Source: Lama guanicoe
Taxonomy: Eukaryota
Direction: 5' to 3'
Length of the DNA stretch: 64,000 bases
NCBI GenBank assembly: GCA_013239625.1
Contig: MU053487.1
Span: forward strand, 2,997,058-3,061,057
Part shown: piece after piece, positions 52,099 to 64,000 of the stretch
Position numbering within the stretch: position 1 is the stretch's first letter
How the letters are laid out: each line of letters begins with the position of its first letter
The notes under the pieces: model-generated
Seen by the model: only the letters and a program-made list of their open reading frames with translations
Database searches by the model: none
Told to the model about the DNA's origin: nothing
Position numbers and translations under genes: made by a program

Positions 52099-52903
52099 TG
52101 GTTCCTGAGATCTTCTCCAGCCCCGAAGAAAGACGCCTGCTAGCAAGGGGGAGCTGGCCCTTTGGGGTTACCATTTTTCACTGATACCCCCCTACCTGCT
52201 TCACCAGGATTGTGGGAGGGAGGGACTGGTAGAAATGTGATCTCCAGAACACAGTCACTAGGACAAGAATCACCGGTACCTTGGCAGACATAGGCTCTTA
52301 GAATCCTGATTTCCAAAGAGCTCACAGGTGTGTGGTCCCACATGGTAGAGGGGAGGGGGCGGGGGGTGATGGCACCAACCAGGGCTGGACCGTCCACCCC
52401 CACCTCTTTCTGCCTCTTTGACTTTGAACAAGTCACTTTACTCTTGGAGCCTTAGCCTCTTCCCTCCTAGCCCCGAGCTGACAGCGCCCACCCTGGCCCA
52501 CACACGACTGTTACGAGGGGCAAAGGAAGAAGTCTGTGCTGGGCTGGAGAGAGTGGCAGTCTTAAACAGCTTTTATTGTGTGGGGGTCGCAGGCAGGGCA
52601 CAGAGCCCTGTGGGGACATTACCCCTGCTCCTGTCCCAGCCATACCCACCTCCTTTCCCTCTTTCCTGCTGTCCACACTTGCTGGGACAGACGTGGCTCC
52701 CAGTGTGTCAATTTCAGGATCAAAGCTTGACCTCAGAGATACCAGGTTACAGAATCATGGCTTCAAAGATCAGTGGCTGCCTTCGGCCATCTCTGGAATT
52801 CAGATCCGGACCTTGAGGGTCTTAGGCAGCCACCTGTGGCCCTTCTAAAAGCAACGACTTCAAACAAGGTCCAAGAGAGGAAAAGGGAAATTGAGTATGC
52901 TTT

Positions 52904-53351
52904 TTTTTTAATTGAAGTGTAGTTGATTTACAATGTTAGTTTCACGTGTACAGCAAAGTGATTCAGTTGCACATATATATGCACACATATATTTTCAGAT
53001 TCTTGTCCATTGTATGTTATTACAAGAAACTGAATATAGTTCGCTGTACTATACAGTAGGTCCGTGTTATTTATCTATTTTATATATAGTAGCATGTGTA
53101 TGTTAATCCCAAACTCCTATTTTGGTAACCTCCCCCCACTTCCCCTTTGGTAACCATAGTTTGTTTTCTGTGTCTGTGAGTCTGTTTCTGGTTTGTCAAT
53201 AAGGTTTGTATCATATTTTAGATTCCACATACAAGTGATGTCATTGGATATTTGACCTCTTCTGACTTCACTTAATATGATCCATATGATCATCTCTAGG
53301 TCCATCTATGTTGGTGCAAATGGCATTATTTCATTCTTTTTTATGACTGAA
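52904..53351 (-). mobile_element. 5'-truncated L1 3' end with TSD
   Basis: Poly-T then ttaattgaagtgtagttgatttacaatg; MDLE..ILSEV remnant; TSD aaattgagtatgcttt 52888-52903 / aaattgagtatacttt 53352-53367. Confidence 0.9.
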
Positions 53352-53401
53352 AAATTGAGTATACTTTGAAAAGTTATATATTTTTAATTATTAAAGTTAT
53401 C

Positions 53402-53842
53402 ACAGAGAGTTCTTGACACATGAGAAAAATACATTCTTGAAAACTACAAATGTCAAGTGCAGTTTTCTCTTTAAAAAAGAAAAGTAAAGACACTTAAAGA
53501 ACTTCCATCCTACTCACTCGACACTGTTGATACTGTGTTATGCCACATGCACACAGTCCACACACAGCACGTGTGCAGACCCGCGGTGGAGCTGAGGAAG
53601 GAGAAAAGGGGTGAAGGAGTGACAGGCGGGAGAGGGCCCGGCACCACCTGCCCTGGTGGACAGATGCCTCACTGTGTTTATTACACAGCAGCTGGGAACC
53701 GTGCACACAGTAATGTGAGTGAATCTTACGGACATAGTGCTTAGTGGAAAATTAAAGTGAGATGCACAAACTAATAATTCCGTAAGTTAGAAATAGGTGC
53801 ATGGAAAACCCCATCACAAGCAAACATCAAGATACACCTCAG
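53402..53842. mobile_element. Possible old Tigger-like DNA transposon relic
   Basis: Ends cagagagttcttgac... and ...catcaagatacacctc show loose inverted similarity; family not certain. Confidence 0.35.
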
Positions 53843-55015
53843 GCACATTAGAAAGTCTACTTCTGGGGTGAGGGGGTGGAAGGGGGCTCCAGGGGAAGAA
53901 ACAAGAAAAGCACACATGCGTACTCATCATGTGCTCCTGAGGTACAAAACAAACAAACACAGAAAGTCTTCGCTTCTTTTGCTTTTAGATTTTAAAAGAA
54001 TCATTAAAAAGCTTTTTACTGTTTGGTTTGCATGGTCTTCCCCCCTTCAGTCCCCCTGTAGCCTTCATTGTAGCCCCTAAACCGCAATTAGTTAATGGAT
54101 CAAAAGTACCCTTTGTAGGGTCAGAACACAAACACCACGCAGACACTGCCCAGAAACCACATGAAAGAAGGGATGCTGTGAGCCGCCCTGCAGGCTCCCT
54201 TCTGGGAACTTACCACCTGGTAGGGCCCGCCAAGCGGGTGAGTGTCCATTGCGGCAGGCGAGAGCACCATCCTAAACGTGGTTCTCTTTTGTTAAAAAGT
54301 GCCTGATGGAAAGAAAGCAGGAGATGTGGCAGATGCATGTAGACCTATCGAAAGAGCCTGCATAAAATATTTCGAACGATACACCCGCTTCTCTCTTTTT
54401 GGTATATTTCCTTTTAGTCTCATGTCATGCATGATTTTTTTCTCCCAAAGCAATATCACATTCTACATAATCACATTTCACAAAAGTATTTTTACATCTT
54501 CATCCCAGTTATTCTGTCCTTAATGTTGCATTTAACAGTACTTTTCCATTTTCCACACAGACTCAGCTACGTCATTTTTAATGGCTGAGTAATATTTTAT
54601 TGACTAAATATCCCAACACTTATCAAAATGACATTTAGGCTGCTTTCTACTTACTTTCTTGTAACTAATGCAGAAAAGGAAGTATTCGTGCTGCATATAA
54701 CTTTTTCATATTTTAAATGAATCTCTTAGGATAGACTCAGGAAATAGAATTCCTGGGTGAAGGAGTGTTCAAAAGCTTCTGTGACTTTTGGTACAAATTA
54801 CTAAGTCGTTTTCTAAAAGCATAGTAGCAATCTATACTTCCAGTAGCATGTTCTTATGCCAACATTATGTTTTATAAGTTGGTGATTGGCCAATTTAATA
54901 GCTAACATACATTGATTTAGTTTTACACTTCCTTGGTTAATAGTGAAGTTGAAATTTTTCCACGTTTGTATTTCTGTTTACATATTCTTATTGGGGGTGA
55001 TCTTGGGCTGGTATT

Positions 55016-55038
55016 TGTGTGTGTGTGTGTGTGTGTGT
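55016..55038. repeat. (TG)n microsatellite
   Basis: Directly visible. Confidence 0.9.
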
Positions 55039-56029
55039 CTGTGCAACCTTTGCCCAATATTGATATTTAATCTTTGTCACAATTCTGCAGCTGTACTGTT
55101 TGCCCTTTAAAATTTTTTTAAATTTTTACGTAAGGTGTTTTTTTTTTTAACTGATACTGATTAATTGGTGTTTTTATTTACTTTGGTGGCTAAATAAAAA
55201 TCAAGATACCCTGTTGGTTAAATTTGAGGAAGAAATTTTGCCATGTGGTGTGATGAAAAATGCATCCAACTGAGGCCTTAGAAGGTGGTCAGGGTGGGGT
55301 TCCCATCCCTGCCTGTGACGTCCCAAGCAAATTAGTCAAGCTCTCGGAGCCCCACTGCCTTTATTCATGCCAGGAAATTATGATCCTCATCATCCAGGTG
55401 TGGGCTGGGATCGTGAATGGACACTGGCACAGTGGGAGCCCAGTAAACATGCTTCCTTCTCCCTGCCCCTCGCCCTCCAGAACATAGTAGTTCCGAGGAC
55501 CCCGCCCCAGCACTCAGCCAGCACTGCCCGCAGGGTGCCCGGCACTGCCCCTGGGGCTGCCCCTTCTCTTCCAGGCAGGAGGCCCAGGGACACGGTAGTG
55601 GCCCTGCTTCTTGCCAGTTGCTCGCAACAGTAGAGTTGTTGTTCTAGTGTATCTGCTAACCAGCTTCCTGTTTTTTCCTGGTGTGGTGGCGTTCTTTCCG
55701 TCAGCAGCAGGAGGGAGGACGGGCCAGGATGGTTAACCTCAGTCCTCTAACTCCTCCTGCAGTGAGCGAGTCTGGCCCTTTCCACCAAAGATTCATTCTA
55801 CAGTCATGATCGTGGGGCCGTGTGATCTTGAGCAGGGCCAGCCGCGGTGCCACGTGCCACGTGTCGGGAGGGCATGAAGGGATGGCCAGTCCCCACTCCT
55901 GGGAATTCAGGACTGTGGTGTCCACAGACTAACGCTAATGGATTTTCAACGTATGCTGATTAAACATTAAACTTTCATTTCCCACAAAGTGAATGTATCA
56001 CACATTCCCGTTCTCTTCGCATGCCAGGA

Positions 56030-56270
56030 AGAATGGTCTAGATGGGATCCCTGGAGCCAGACTGCCTGGATTCAGATTCCCATCTCCACCACTTATTAGC
56101 TGCGTATGTGACAATTGGCAGGTGACTTAACCTCCCTCTGCTGCAGCTTCCTCATCCGGAAAACAGGAGGATAATAATAACTACATCATAGGGTTGTGAG
56201 GATTCAGTGAGGTAGTGTGAGTAAAGTATTAACAGAATTCTAGTTAACGTAGTAACTGTACAATAGTTAG
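56030..56270 (+). mobile_element. MIR SINE
   Basis: ctggagccagactgcctggattcagattccc...ccacttattagctg...ggcaggtgacttaacctc...catagggttgtgaggatt. Confidence 0.85.
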
Positions 56271-57939
56271 CATAAGGTCCTGAGATTTTACTTGGTAAAC
56301 TCCATTTGAATCTATGATTCTGAGACACTAGACTGCGTAACTTTAGTCAAAGATCTGGAAATTCAGCTTGCAGGTAATTTTGTGAAATTTCTCAGCTCAT
56401 TAGAAATAGATAGTATTTATGAAGAGTAGTTATCAGGACTAGTAGACATATTCCTAAAAACTTGTAAAATATTATGAATATTTTATTCTTACTGGCTTTG
56501 ATTTTTTTTTTAATTCAGGGCTATATTCCAATGGAAAAAGTTTGCTTGCTGCTGAAATAAATGTCCCTTTGTCCCAGTGAAACACATAAGAGGCTGAATT
56601 CCTCTGTTGCACAGGGCTGGGGCCAGGGGCTGATGTGAGAGGTGTGAGCTCATCACATGTGAATGTGGGCCCTGCTGTCTGGGGGAGGTGATGCGGCGGG
56701 CTACGGTCCTTCTCAGGCTCCAGTGGTTCCAAGGTCACGGCTCCTGCCCTGTGTGCTGAGTCCTCTGCCCTGCTTTGTGGCTGTCAATAGGAGTTTGTTG
56801 GACGATGCTGTTGTCCTGTACCTCTCCAGGATGCTAGGACAGGTGCAGAGCTCCAGTGAGTGTGGAGGTCACTTAAATCTCTTAATGGTCTCTCTTCTTT
56901 TCAAAAGTTTCTCATAGAAGACTGACATGGTTAATTGCTGTACTCAGGAAATCAAAGCAGAGGGTGAGCCCGAGAGGTGGTTACAGAGGCTGCCACCTTC
57001 ACTTTTTCATATCGTGCTTTGCTGAGGTGACTGAATATTAAGTCAGAGTACAGTATGCTTTGGGTTTTACAAATTCAGGGAGATCACAACTTTTGGTAGC
57101 AATCTGCAGGGCATTTGGAACTTCAGAAATAAGTCGAGGATGCAGAGTGATGACTTCCCTTTTGTAACTCAGCAAGATCTGGGAGGGAGGACGCTTTGGG
57201 GAAGGAGAGCTGGGTAACTGGAGTGCAGACGGCCGAGGGGTGAGGGAGCACAGTGCTCTTCTTTTCCTGGGTGCAGATGAGCTCTTTCCAGGTCCACTGA
57301 GCATCCAACCAGAAGAACTTTTGACAAATAGCAGGGATTTTTTCATTGGAGACGTATGCTTTTTAGAACATTTTAGTGGACTTCTAAGATAGATTTCAGA
57401 TTCTCTTATTGGGAAGGGGAAGAGAAGAGGTAGCAGCAAGAATCAGGAAGCTGTCCGAACACCTGGGTGGCAGGTGTTACCCTCTCTATAGATAGAGGGA
57501 GGAACAAGATTCTGATGTACTTACAAGTCAAAAACTGTCATTAGGAAAACCTCTTCCATTAATTACAGTTTAGCATATTCATCTGTGACTTAAGGCATCC
57601 TGATTTCTGTTATCTCGGGGGCGGGGTCCAGAGGTGGTATGACTGTCCCAGCAGGGAAGACCCAAGGGGGCCACAGCTCCTCCCTACAGTCAGCCCGGTC
57701 CACTCCTCCCTTCCAGGCAGATGTGTTCAGGCCAAAGTGTAAGTTCTGGAATAGGGCTTTGTAGGACCCAGCCTCTGGTTGGTTTTGAAGTGTTTAATTG
57801 CCACTTTTGTGTTAGGAGTCTCTGGATAAAGTAAACCCTCAGTACATCAACCAGCTGCAGGCTACCCAGACACAAGTTGACCACATGAGGCAGAGGGGAC
57901 CTTATATGTTCAGAATGGGAAGAAAGGAAAAGATGTTAG

Positions 57940-57942
<3 letters not shown>

Positions 57943-57982
<40 letters not shown>
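57943..57982. repeat. (TG)20 microsatellite
   Basis: Perfect repeat, directly visible. Confidence 0.97.
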
Positions 57983-57986
<4 letters not shown>

Positions 57987-58239
57987 GAGGACAGGGGAGC
58001 AAGTCCAGTAATAATGAAGGCAGAAATGTGTTAGGAATCCAGTTACCATTTCAAAGAGAGTCTGATACTATAAACAAGCGTTTCTGAGAGCCTGGTAAAT
58101 TAATAACTTCCCCATACCACACGTATTTATTGAATATTAACCATACGTTAGACGCTGTGATAAATCCTCACAAGTCTAGGTTATTATTTCTGTTTTCCTG
58201 TCTTCAGAATAGCCCCAGCATCCAGCCCCAGTATATTTT

Positions 58240-58460
58240 TAACAGTGACTTCCAATTATTAAATGCTTACTCTGTGCTAGATACTTTCCTAAGTGCTTTA
58301 TAAGATTATTCAATTTCATCTTCACCATTACTGTCCTTTCACAGATAGGAGTGACTGAGGCTCAGAGCTGAAATAGTTTGATTAGAAACTTGATAGGTGT
58401 GTAAATGAAAAGCAGTATTTTAAAACCAAGGTCTACTTGATTCATCCACTACCTTGTATG
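58240..58460 (-). mobile_element. MIR SINE
   Basis: tattaaatgcttactctgtgctagatactttcctaagtgcttta...actgaggctcagag. Confidence 0.7.
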
Positions 58461-58829
58461 CCTTCTTGATGACCAAACAGTACAAGACTCAGCAGGCTAT
58501 ACTGTTTGCATTCAACTGCCTGAAATATTTTGGACTCAAATGTGTAGGTGGCAGGACACAGGGCATAAATCACTGCTGTTCCTTTTTCCCGGAAAGCAGA
58601 GGGAGGATGGTTTCCTGACAAATTGTCTTGCTTTCAGGTGGAGGTAAGACCTGGGGACACCCTGCAAACTGAAAATGCTTAGGAATCTGTTTACTTCGAA
58701 ACAGAATTTTGTGACCTAGTCCAAATTATAAATGTTACAGATGCAGAAACTGAGTTCCAGAGAGGGGAAGAGCCTTGCCCACGATTACTTGAGAGTAGAA
58801 CTGTTGCTTCAGGAATCCAACAACATTGG

Positions 58830-61340
58830 TCTCTCTGTGTGTGAACATATAGATGCTTGAAACTGCTTCTGGGCTTTCTATTCCATTGCATTGGTCTATT
58901 TGTCTATTCTTTTGCCAGAATTACACTTGGTTACTTACTGTTGCTCAGTAATAAGTTTCAGTATCCAGTGGAGCGAGTCTGTTATTGGCCCTTTGCATTT
59001 CCACATAAATCTTAGAATCAGATTATTTGTTTCCAGTTTCCACAAAGTGAACAAACAAAAACTGCTGTGGTTTTCATTGAGATTGCACGGAATCTGTAGA
59101 CTAGTTTGGGGAGAATTGATACCTTTACAATACTGAACCTTCAAAACCATGAACATGGTATGTCTCTCCATTTTGAATGGACTTTAAATATTTCTTCAAA
59201 TAACATTTTAGAATTTTCTTCATATAGGTCTTTCATATCTTTCTATTCCTAGATATTTTATATTTGGATATTAGTATAAATTATAACTTTAAAATGTTTT
59301 CCCTTTTCTAAATATTTATTTTCAGTGTTTAGAAATAAAAGAGAGATTTCCAGACCAATGTTATATCCCAACTAATTGTTGATGGTAGAAATTTATCTGA
59401 AAATTGTTTTACCGTGTCTATGCACACAATTAGAATATCTGTGAATGGGATTTTTTTCCCTCTTTCTTATACCTCTTTTTTTTTTTTTCCAGTATGTTGT
59501 TGAACAGAGGTGGTGATTCAGGCGTCCTGGTCTTGTCCTTGATCTCAGCAGGAAGCTTTCAGCACTTCACCATCAAGTATGATGAGTGCTATAGTTATTT
59601 ATGAATACTGCTTATCAGATTCAGGAAATCCCTATCTAGTCCTAGTTTACGAGGACTTTTATCATAAATAGATGTTGAATTTCATCAAATTATTTTTCTG
59701 AATCTATTGATATGATTTCCCCCTTTATTCTGTTAATGTGACGAATTGCATTCCTGCATTCCGTTTGTTTGTGATATATTATATATTATCACTTTCATAT
59801 GTTGCTGGCTTCATTTTGCTGGCATTTTGTTTAAGATTCTTATATCTATGCTCATAACAAGGATTGCTTGTAGTTTTACTCTTCTGTAATGTCTTTGGCA
59901 GATTTTTATGTCCTGGTTTGGTTAGTCTCATAAAGTGAACTGGGAAGTGCCATCTTTTTTGTTCTCTGGAAGGATTTATGTAAGACTGGTGTTACTTCTT
60001 TGTTAAGAGTTTGTTTAAGATTGGTGTTATTTGTTCTTTAAACATTTGGATATTTTCTTTCAGTACTTTGATGATATTCCAGAGTCTCTCGGCTTTCAGT
60101 ATTTTCATTAAGAAGTCAGTTGTTGGGGGCAGGGTGTATAGCTCAGTGGTAGAATGCATGTAAAATTTTACATGCACAAGGTCCTGGGTTCAATCCCCAG
60201 TACTTCCATTAAAAACAAAAAAGTCAGTTATCAATCTTTTTCTTCCTCCTTTGATGACATTCTGTACTTTTTTCTCCTCTGCCTGCTTTTAAGATTTTCA
60301 CTCTGTCTTTGGTGCACAGCAATTTACTGTGATACGCCTAGGTGTAATTTTCTTTTTAATTATCGTGTATGGGGCTCATCCATTTAAGATCTTGGATCTG
60401 TGCTTGATTGTCTTTCTTCAGTTTTCAGAATTCTTGGCTGTTATTTCTTCTGCCCAATTCTCTCTCTTCTCTCCTGTGACTCTAATTATATATCTGTTGG
60501 TCCTTCTCATTGCATCCCCTGTATGTCTTACCCTCTCATCTTTCTTTCCTATCCTTTTGTCTGAGTTTCACACTAGATATTTCCTTTGGCCCTATCACGT
60601 AGCTCACTAATTTTCTCTTCAAGCTGTATGTAAGCCGCTGTTAAACCTACCTATTGAATCCTTAATTTTAGCTATTTTTTCTAAGTTCCAGAATGTTTGT
60701 GTATTCTTTTTGTTTTGTTTCTAATTCTCATAGGAACTTTTCAATTTTATCTCTTAGCTCTTTGAACATATTAAGTGTAGTTTTTTAAAAAATTCCACAT
60801 CTGATGACACCTTTATTTCTTTAGCCCTTGTGAGTTTGTTTCTATTGCCTGGTTTTTTTTTACTTGGAACCCATTCATATTGTCTTATATCTTTGTATAC
60901 CTGGTTAGTTTCTGTTGAGTGCCAGACATCAAGGTGAAAATGTACAAAAATAACTTGAGGCCTTGGAGCATGTTGTATTCCTTTAGGGAGAATTTCTCTT
61001 TCTCCTGGCAGGTCCCTGAGGCACCTGCAGTGTGTTGTCACAGTAACCCAGTTTCAGGGGCCTAGAGGGCTTCTGCCCTGGTGAGGACCAGTCTGCCTGT
61101 CATTCATTTTCACTCTTAGGGAATAGCACTTTGGGAGTGGGACCCCAATTTTAGTTTCTCTGGTTCCACAAGCTGTCCAGAATGCTTCTCAGGCTCTAGC
61201 TCTTCCAGAAATGGCAGGCATTCCTAGAGGAAGAATGTCCCCACATGCCAGGCTCACCTCTCTGGACTTCTCTTTTCTCCTGAATCTTGGCTCCGTTATT
61301 CTTCTCTGCCTGCTAAGTCTCCGTAACTTTAAGCAGAATT
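58830..61340 (-). mobile_element. Degenerate L1 (ORF2 about 58830-60050, then ORF1/5' region)
   Basis: Minus-strand ORF2 remnants (NLILRFMWKCKGP); atgttgaatttcatcaaattatttttctgaatctattga; ORF1-type ctgcttttaagattttc. Confidence 0.8.
60125..60220 (+). mobile_element. tRNA-derived SINE (Vic-1-like), variant copy
   Basis: A-box tagctcagtgg, B-box ggttcaatcc; TSD aagtcagtt 60113-60121 / 60221-60229. Confidence 0.9.
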
Positions 61341-61360
61341 TTTAGAAAAATTTTCCAGCT

Positions 61361-61496
61361 TTTTTTTTTTGTTTTCATCTTCTTTTCCATTATAGGTTGC
61401 TGCAAGATACTGAATGTAGTTCCCTGCACCATACAGTATAAACTTGTTTATCTATTTTATAGGTAGTAGTTAGTATCTGCAAATCTCAAACTCCCA
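61361..61496 (-). mobile_element. Short L1 3' UTR fragment with TSD
   Basis: Poly-T, then ccattataggttgctgcaagatactgaatgtagttccctg; TSD tttccagct 61352-61360 / 61497-61505. Confidence 0.75.
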
Positions 61497-61568
61497 TTTC
61501 CAGCTCTTCTTGTTCTCAGCAGGAGAGTTTGTCCACGTTACTTGGTCTAACATTATTTCAATAGTTTT

Positions 61569-62364
61569 TATTTACTTGTTTGTTTGTTTGTTTATTTATT
61601 TTAACATATTTTTGTTGAGTAATAGTCACTTTACAATGTTGTGTCAAATTCCAGTGTAGAGCACAATTTTTCAGTTATACATGAACATACGTATATTGTC
61701 ACTTTTTTTTTTCGCTGTGAGCTACCACAAGATCTTGTATATATTTCTCTGTGCTATACAATATAACCTTGTTTATATATTCTACATTTTGAAATCCCAG
61801 TCTGTCCCTTCCCACCCCCTGCCCCCTTGGCAACTACAAGTTTGTATTCTATGTCTATGAGTCTGTTTCTGTTTTGTATTTATGTTTTTTTTTTTTAGAT
61901 TCCACGTATGAGTGATCTCATATGGTATTTTTCTTTCTCTTTCTGGCTTACTTCACTTAGAATGACATTCTCCAGGAACATCCATGTTGCTGCAAATGGC
62001 ATTATGTTGTCAGTTTTTATGACTGAGTAGTATTCCATTGTATAAATATACCACATCTTCTTTATCCAGTCATCTGATGATGGACATTTAGGCTGTTTCC
62101 ATGTCTTGGCTATTGTAAATAGTGCTGCTATGAACATTGGGGTGCAGGTGTCATTTTGCAGTAGGGTTGCTTCTGGATATATGCCCAGGAGCGGGATTCC
62201 TGGGTCATATGGTAAGTCTATTCCTAGTTTTCTGAGGAATCTCCATACTGTTTTCCACAGTGGCTGCACCAAACTGCATTGTCACCAGCAGTGTAGGAGG
62301 ATTCTCTTTTCTCCACAGCCTCTCCAGCATTTGTCATTTGTTGACTTTTGAATGATGGCCATTC
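61569..62364 (-). mobile_element. Young 5'-truncated L1 with an intact ORF2 C-terminus
   Basis: Open frame 61895-62272 ([15 protein letters not shown]...[23 protein letters not shown]...); TSD tatttcaatagtttt 61554-61568 / tatttcagtggtttt 62365-62379. Confidence 0.92.
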
Positions 62365-62409
62365 TATTTCAGTGGTTTTTAAATGGGGTGCTTTGATTCA
62401 TGTGGTGTT

Positions 62410-62849
62410 TGTTGTGGATTAAATAGTGAAGTCCTAACCCCCAGTACCTCAGAATGTGACCTTATTTGGAAGTACTGTCATTACAAATACGATTAGCTAA
62501 GATGAGGTCATACTGGAGGAGAGTGGGCCCTTAATTCAATGTGACTTGTGTCCCTGTGAGAAGAGGAGAAGCACAGAGACAGAGACACAGGAGGGGGATG
62601 GCTACATGGTGGATGGAGACAGAGATGGGAGTGATGCATCTACAAGCCAAGGAGAGCGAAGGATCGCCACAACCACCAGGAGCTGGCAGAGGCAAAAGAT
62701 TCTCCCTGCAGGTTTCAGAGGGCCCATGGCCCTTCCAGCACCTTGAATTCAGACTTCTAGCCTCCAGAGCTGAGTGACAGTACAGGTCTGGTGTGCTAAG
62801 CCGCCCAGTGTGTGGTAGTTTGATACGGTGGCCCAAGGAAACCAGTACA
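62410..62849 (+). mobile_element. MaLR solo LTR (MLT1C-like)
   Basis: TG...CA ends; gaagtcctaacccccagtacctcagaatgtgaccttatttgga...cagacttctagcctccagagctg...ggaaaccagtaca. Confidence 0.88.
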
Positions 62850-63194
62850 GTGCCTTGTAGTGTACAGAATGCTTTTCCATTCACCACCTTGTCTGTTCTG
62901 CACAGCTGTCCTGGCAGGAAGGCAGGAGGATAGGTGATGTTAAATGAGATCAGTTAGAGAAACTGAGGCCCAGAGAGGAGGCATGGACCTTCTGGGTACC
63001 ACAAATCACAGGCAAAATCTGTAGGTACCTGGGCATCCTGCTTCTTTCTGTCCCACTGAGATGCTGTGATTCTTCTCCAGCTTCACCACATGTTTCTGGT
63101 GTCCTGGGTGTGGAAGGGGCCCCAGTGACCCTGTGCAGGTGCCCTTTGCCTTGTGTGAAAAGGACAGAACATTTACCTGTCGGGGCAGCACACA

Positions 63195-63350
63195 CATTCA
63201 TTGTCTGTTCATGTGTTTGTTCAGCAGACACTTGTCGAGTCACCACCACGGCCCGACGCCTGGGGGAGGGCAGGAGCGCAGTGCAGGGAAAGACAAATGT
63301 GAGAGGGGCAGAACAAGTGCCAGTCCCTTTCCTGAGGAGCTGACGATCCA
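63195..63350 (-). mobile_element. L2 3' fragment
   Basis: cattcatt...ttcagcagacacttgtcgagtcacc...cctttcctgaggagctgacgatccaatgg. Confidence 0.5.
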
Positions 63351-64000
63351 ATGGCAGAGAAGTTCATGCTCAGACTGTTGTAGCTCTTTAGATAGAACTT
63401 CGCAGAGTAGGAATAATCGTACATAGAGTAGATTTTTCCACTCTGGTGTGTACACAAATGAAACGTAGGAAAGCACTTGTGTAGCCTGTTTAATGTTTGT
63501 GGCACCTCTTTTGCCCTAAAGTGTTAGACACTCTCATTGTAATTATTTAGAAAATAATCTGCTGATAAATTGTCCTAAATTGTATCCCAGTATAGAGGAA
63601 TAAATTTAGACCTTATTAGGTTGATGTCATCTAGTTGAAAATGTACCCCAACAGCAAATGCCAGACCACAGTGTACTTGATACAGTTTTACTATTAAATG
63701 TTTCTGTTTGGTACACAGTGTAACTAAGTCATCAGATTTTTATTTAGAACTTTGAAAGAAGCGTAAAGGAAGCATCAGGCAGTTCCTGTCCTCAGCCAGA
63801 GACAAACTCTAAGGGATGAGACCTTCATTCTTTCTTTTGTTCATTCCTTCAACCTTAGTTTGTATGTCCAGACAGTGAGCGGGGAGATGGTTTGAATAAG
63901 ACATGAAAGAGTAAAGTATAAAATTCATTGCTGTTTTGTTTGACAGCGGAAATTTGAGAAAAAAGCTGGATGAGCCAGGAGCCCAAAGGCATAGGAGGAA

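Larger units (their letters stand above)
7534..64000 (+). other. CTDSPL: CTDSPL intron 1 (continues beyond the window)
   Basis: GT donor at 7534. I did not find the exon-2 peptide (ASQCNVSLKKQRSRS-like) downstream; the rest is repeat-rich non-coding DNA. Confidence 0.85.

Noticed and set aside
7534..64000. miR-26a-1 hairpin, known to be hosted by CTDSPL
   Set aside because: I did not see the mature sequence TTCAAGTAATCCAGGATAGG; it lies in a later intron.
1..64000. CRISPR arrays, operons or other prokaryote-type systems
   Set aside because: The sequence is mammalian throughout; no repeat-spacer arrays or gene-dense foreign segment seen.

Overview
Mammalian genomic DNA. A camelid source is likely, inferred from tRNA-Ala-like SINEs resembling Vic-1 and the apparent absence of Alu/B1/Bov-type SINEs. 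The only protein-coding sequence I can support is coding exon 1 of CTDSPL (SCP3/HYA22/RBSP3, small CTD phosphatase) at 7455-7533 on the + strand. It sits in a CpG island with signs of bidirectional transcription. Positions 7534-64000 are intron 1 (I did not see exon 2 or miR-26a-1), filled with L1, L2, MIR, MaLR/ERVL LTR, hAT and SINE relics plus microsatellites. Almost all ORF-track entries are spurious or L1 fragments. I found no evidence for a new multi-gene system. The best leads are an out-of-frame uORF overlapping the CTDSPL start, a candidate 6-nt microexon, an L1-mobilised LTR-derived retrocopy with a perfect TSD, a complex rearranged L1, and a SINE whose anticodon arm has become a perfect palindrome. 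Repeat family names and boundaries are recognised by eye and approximate.
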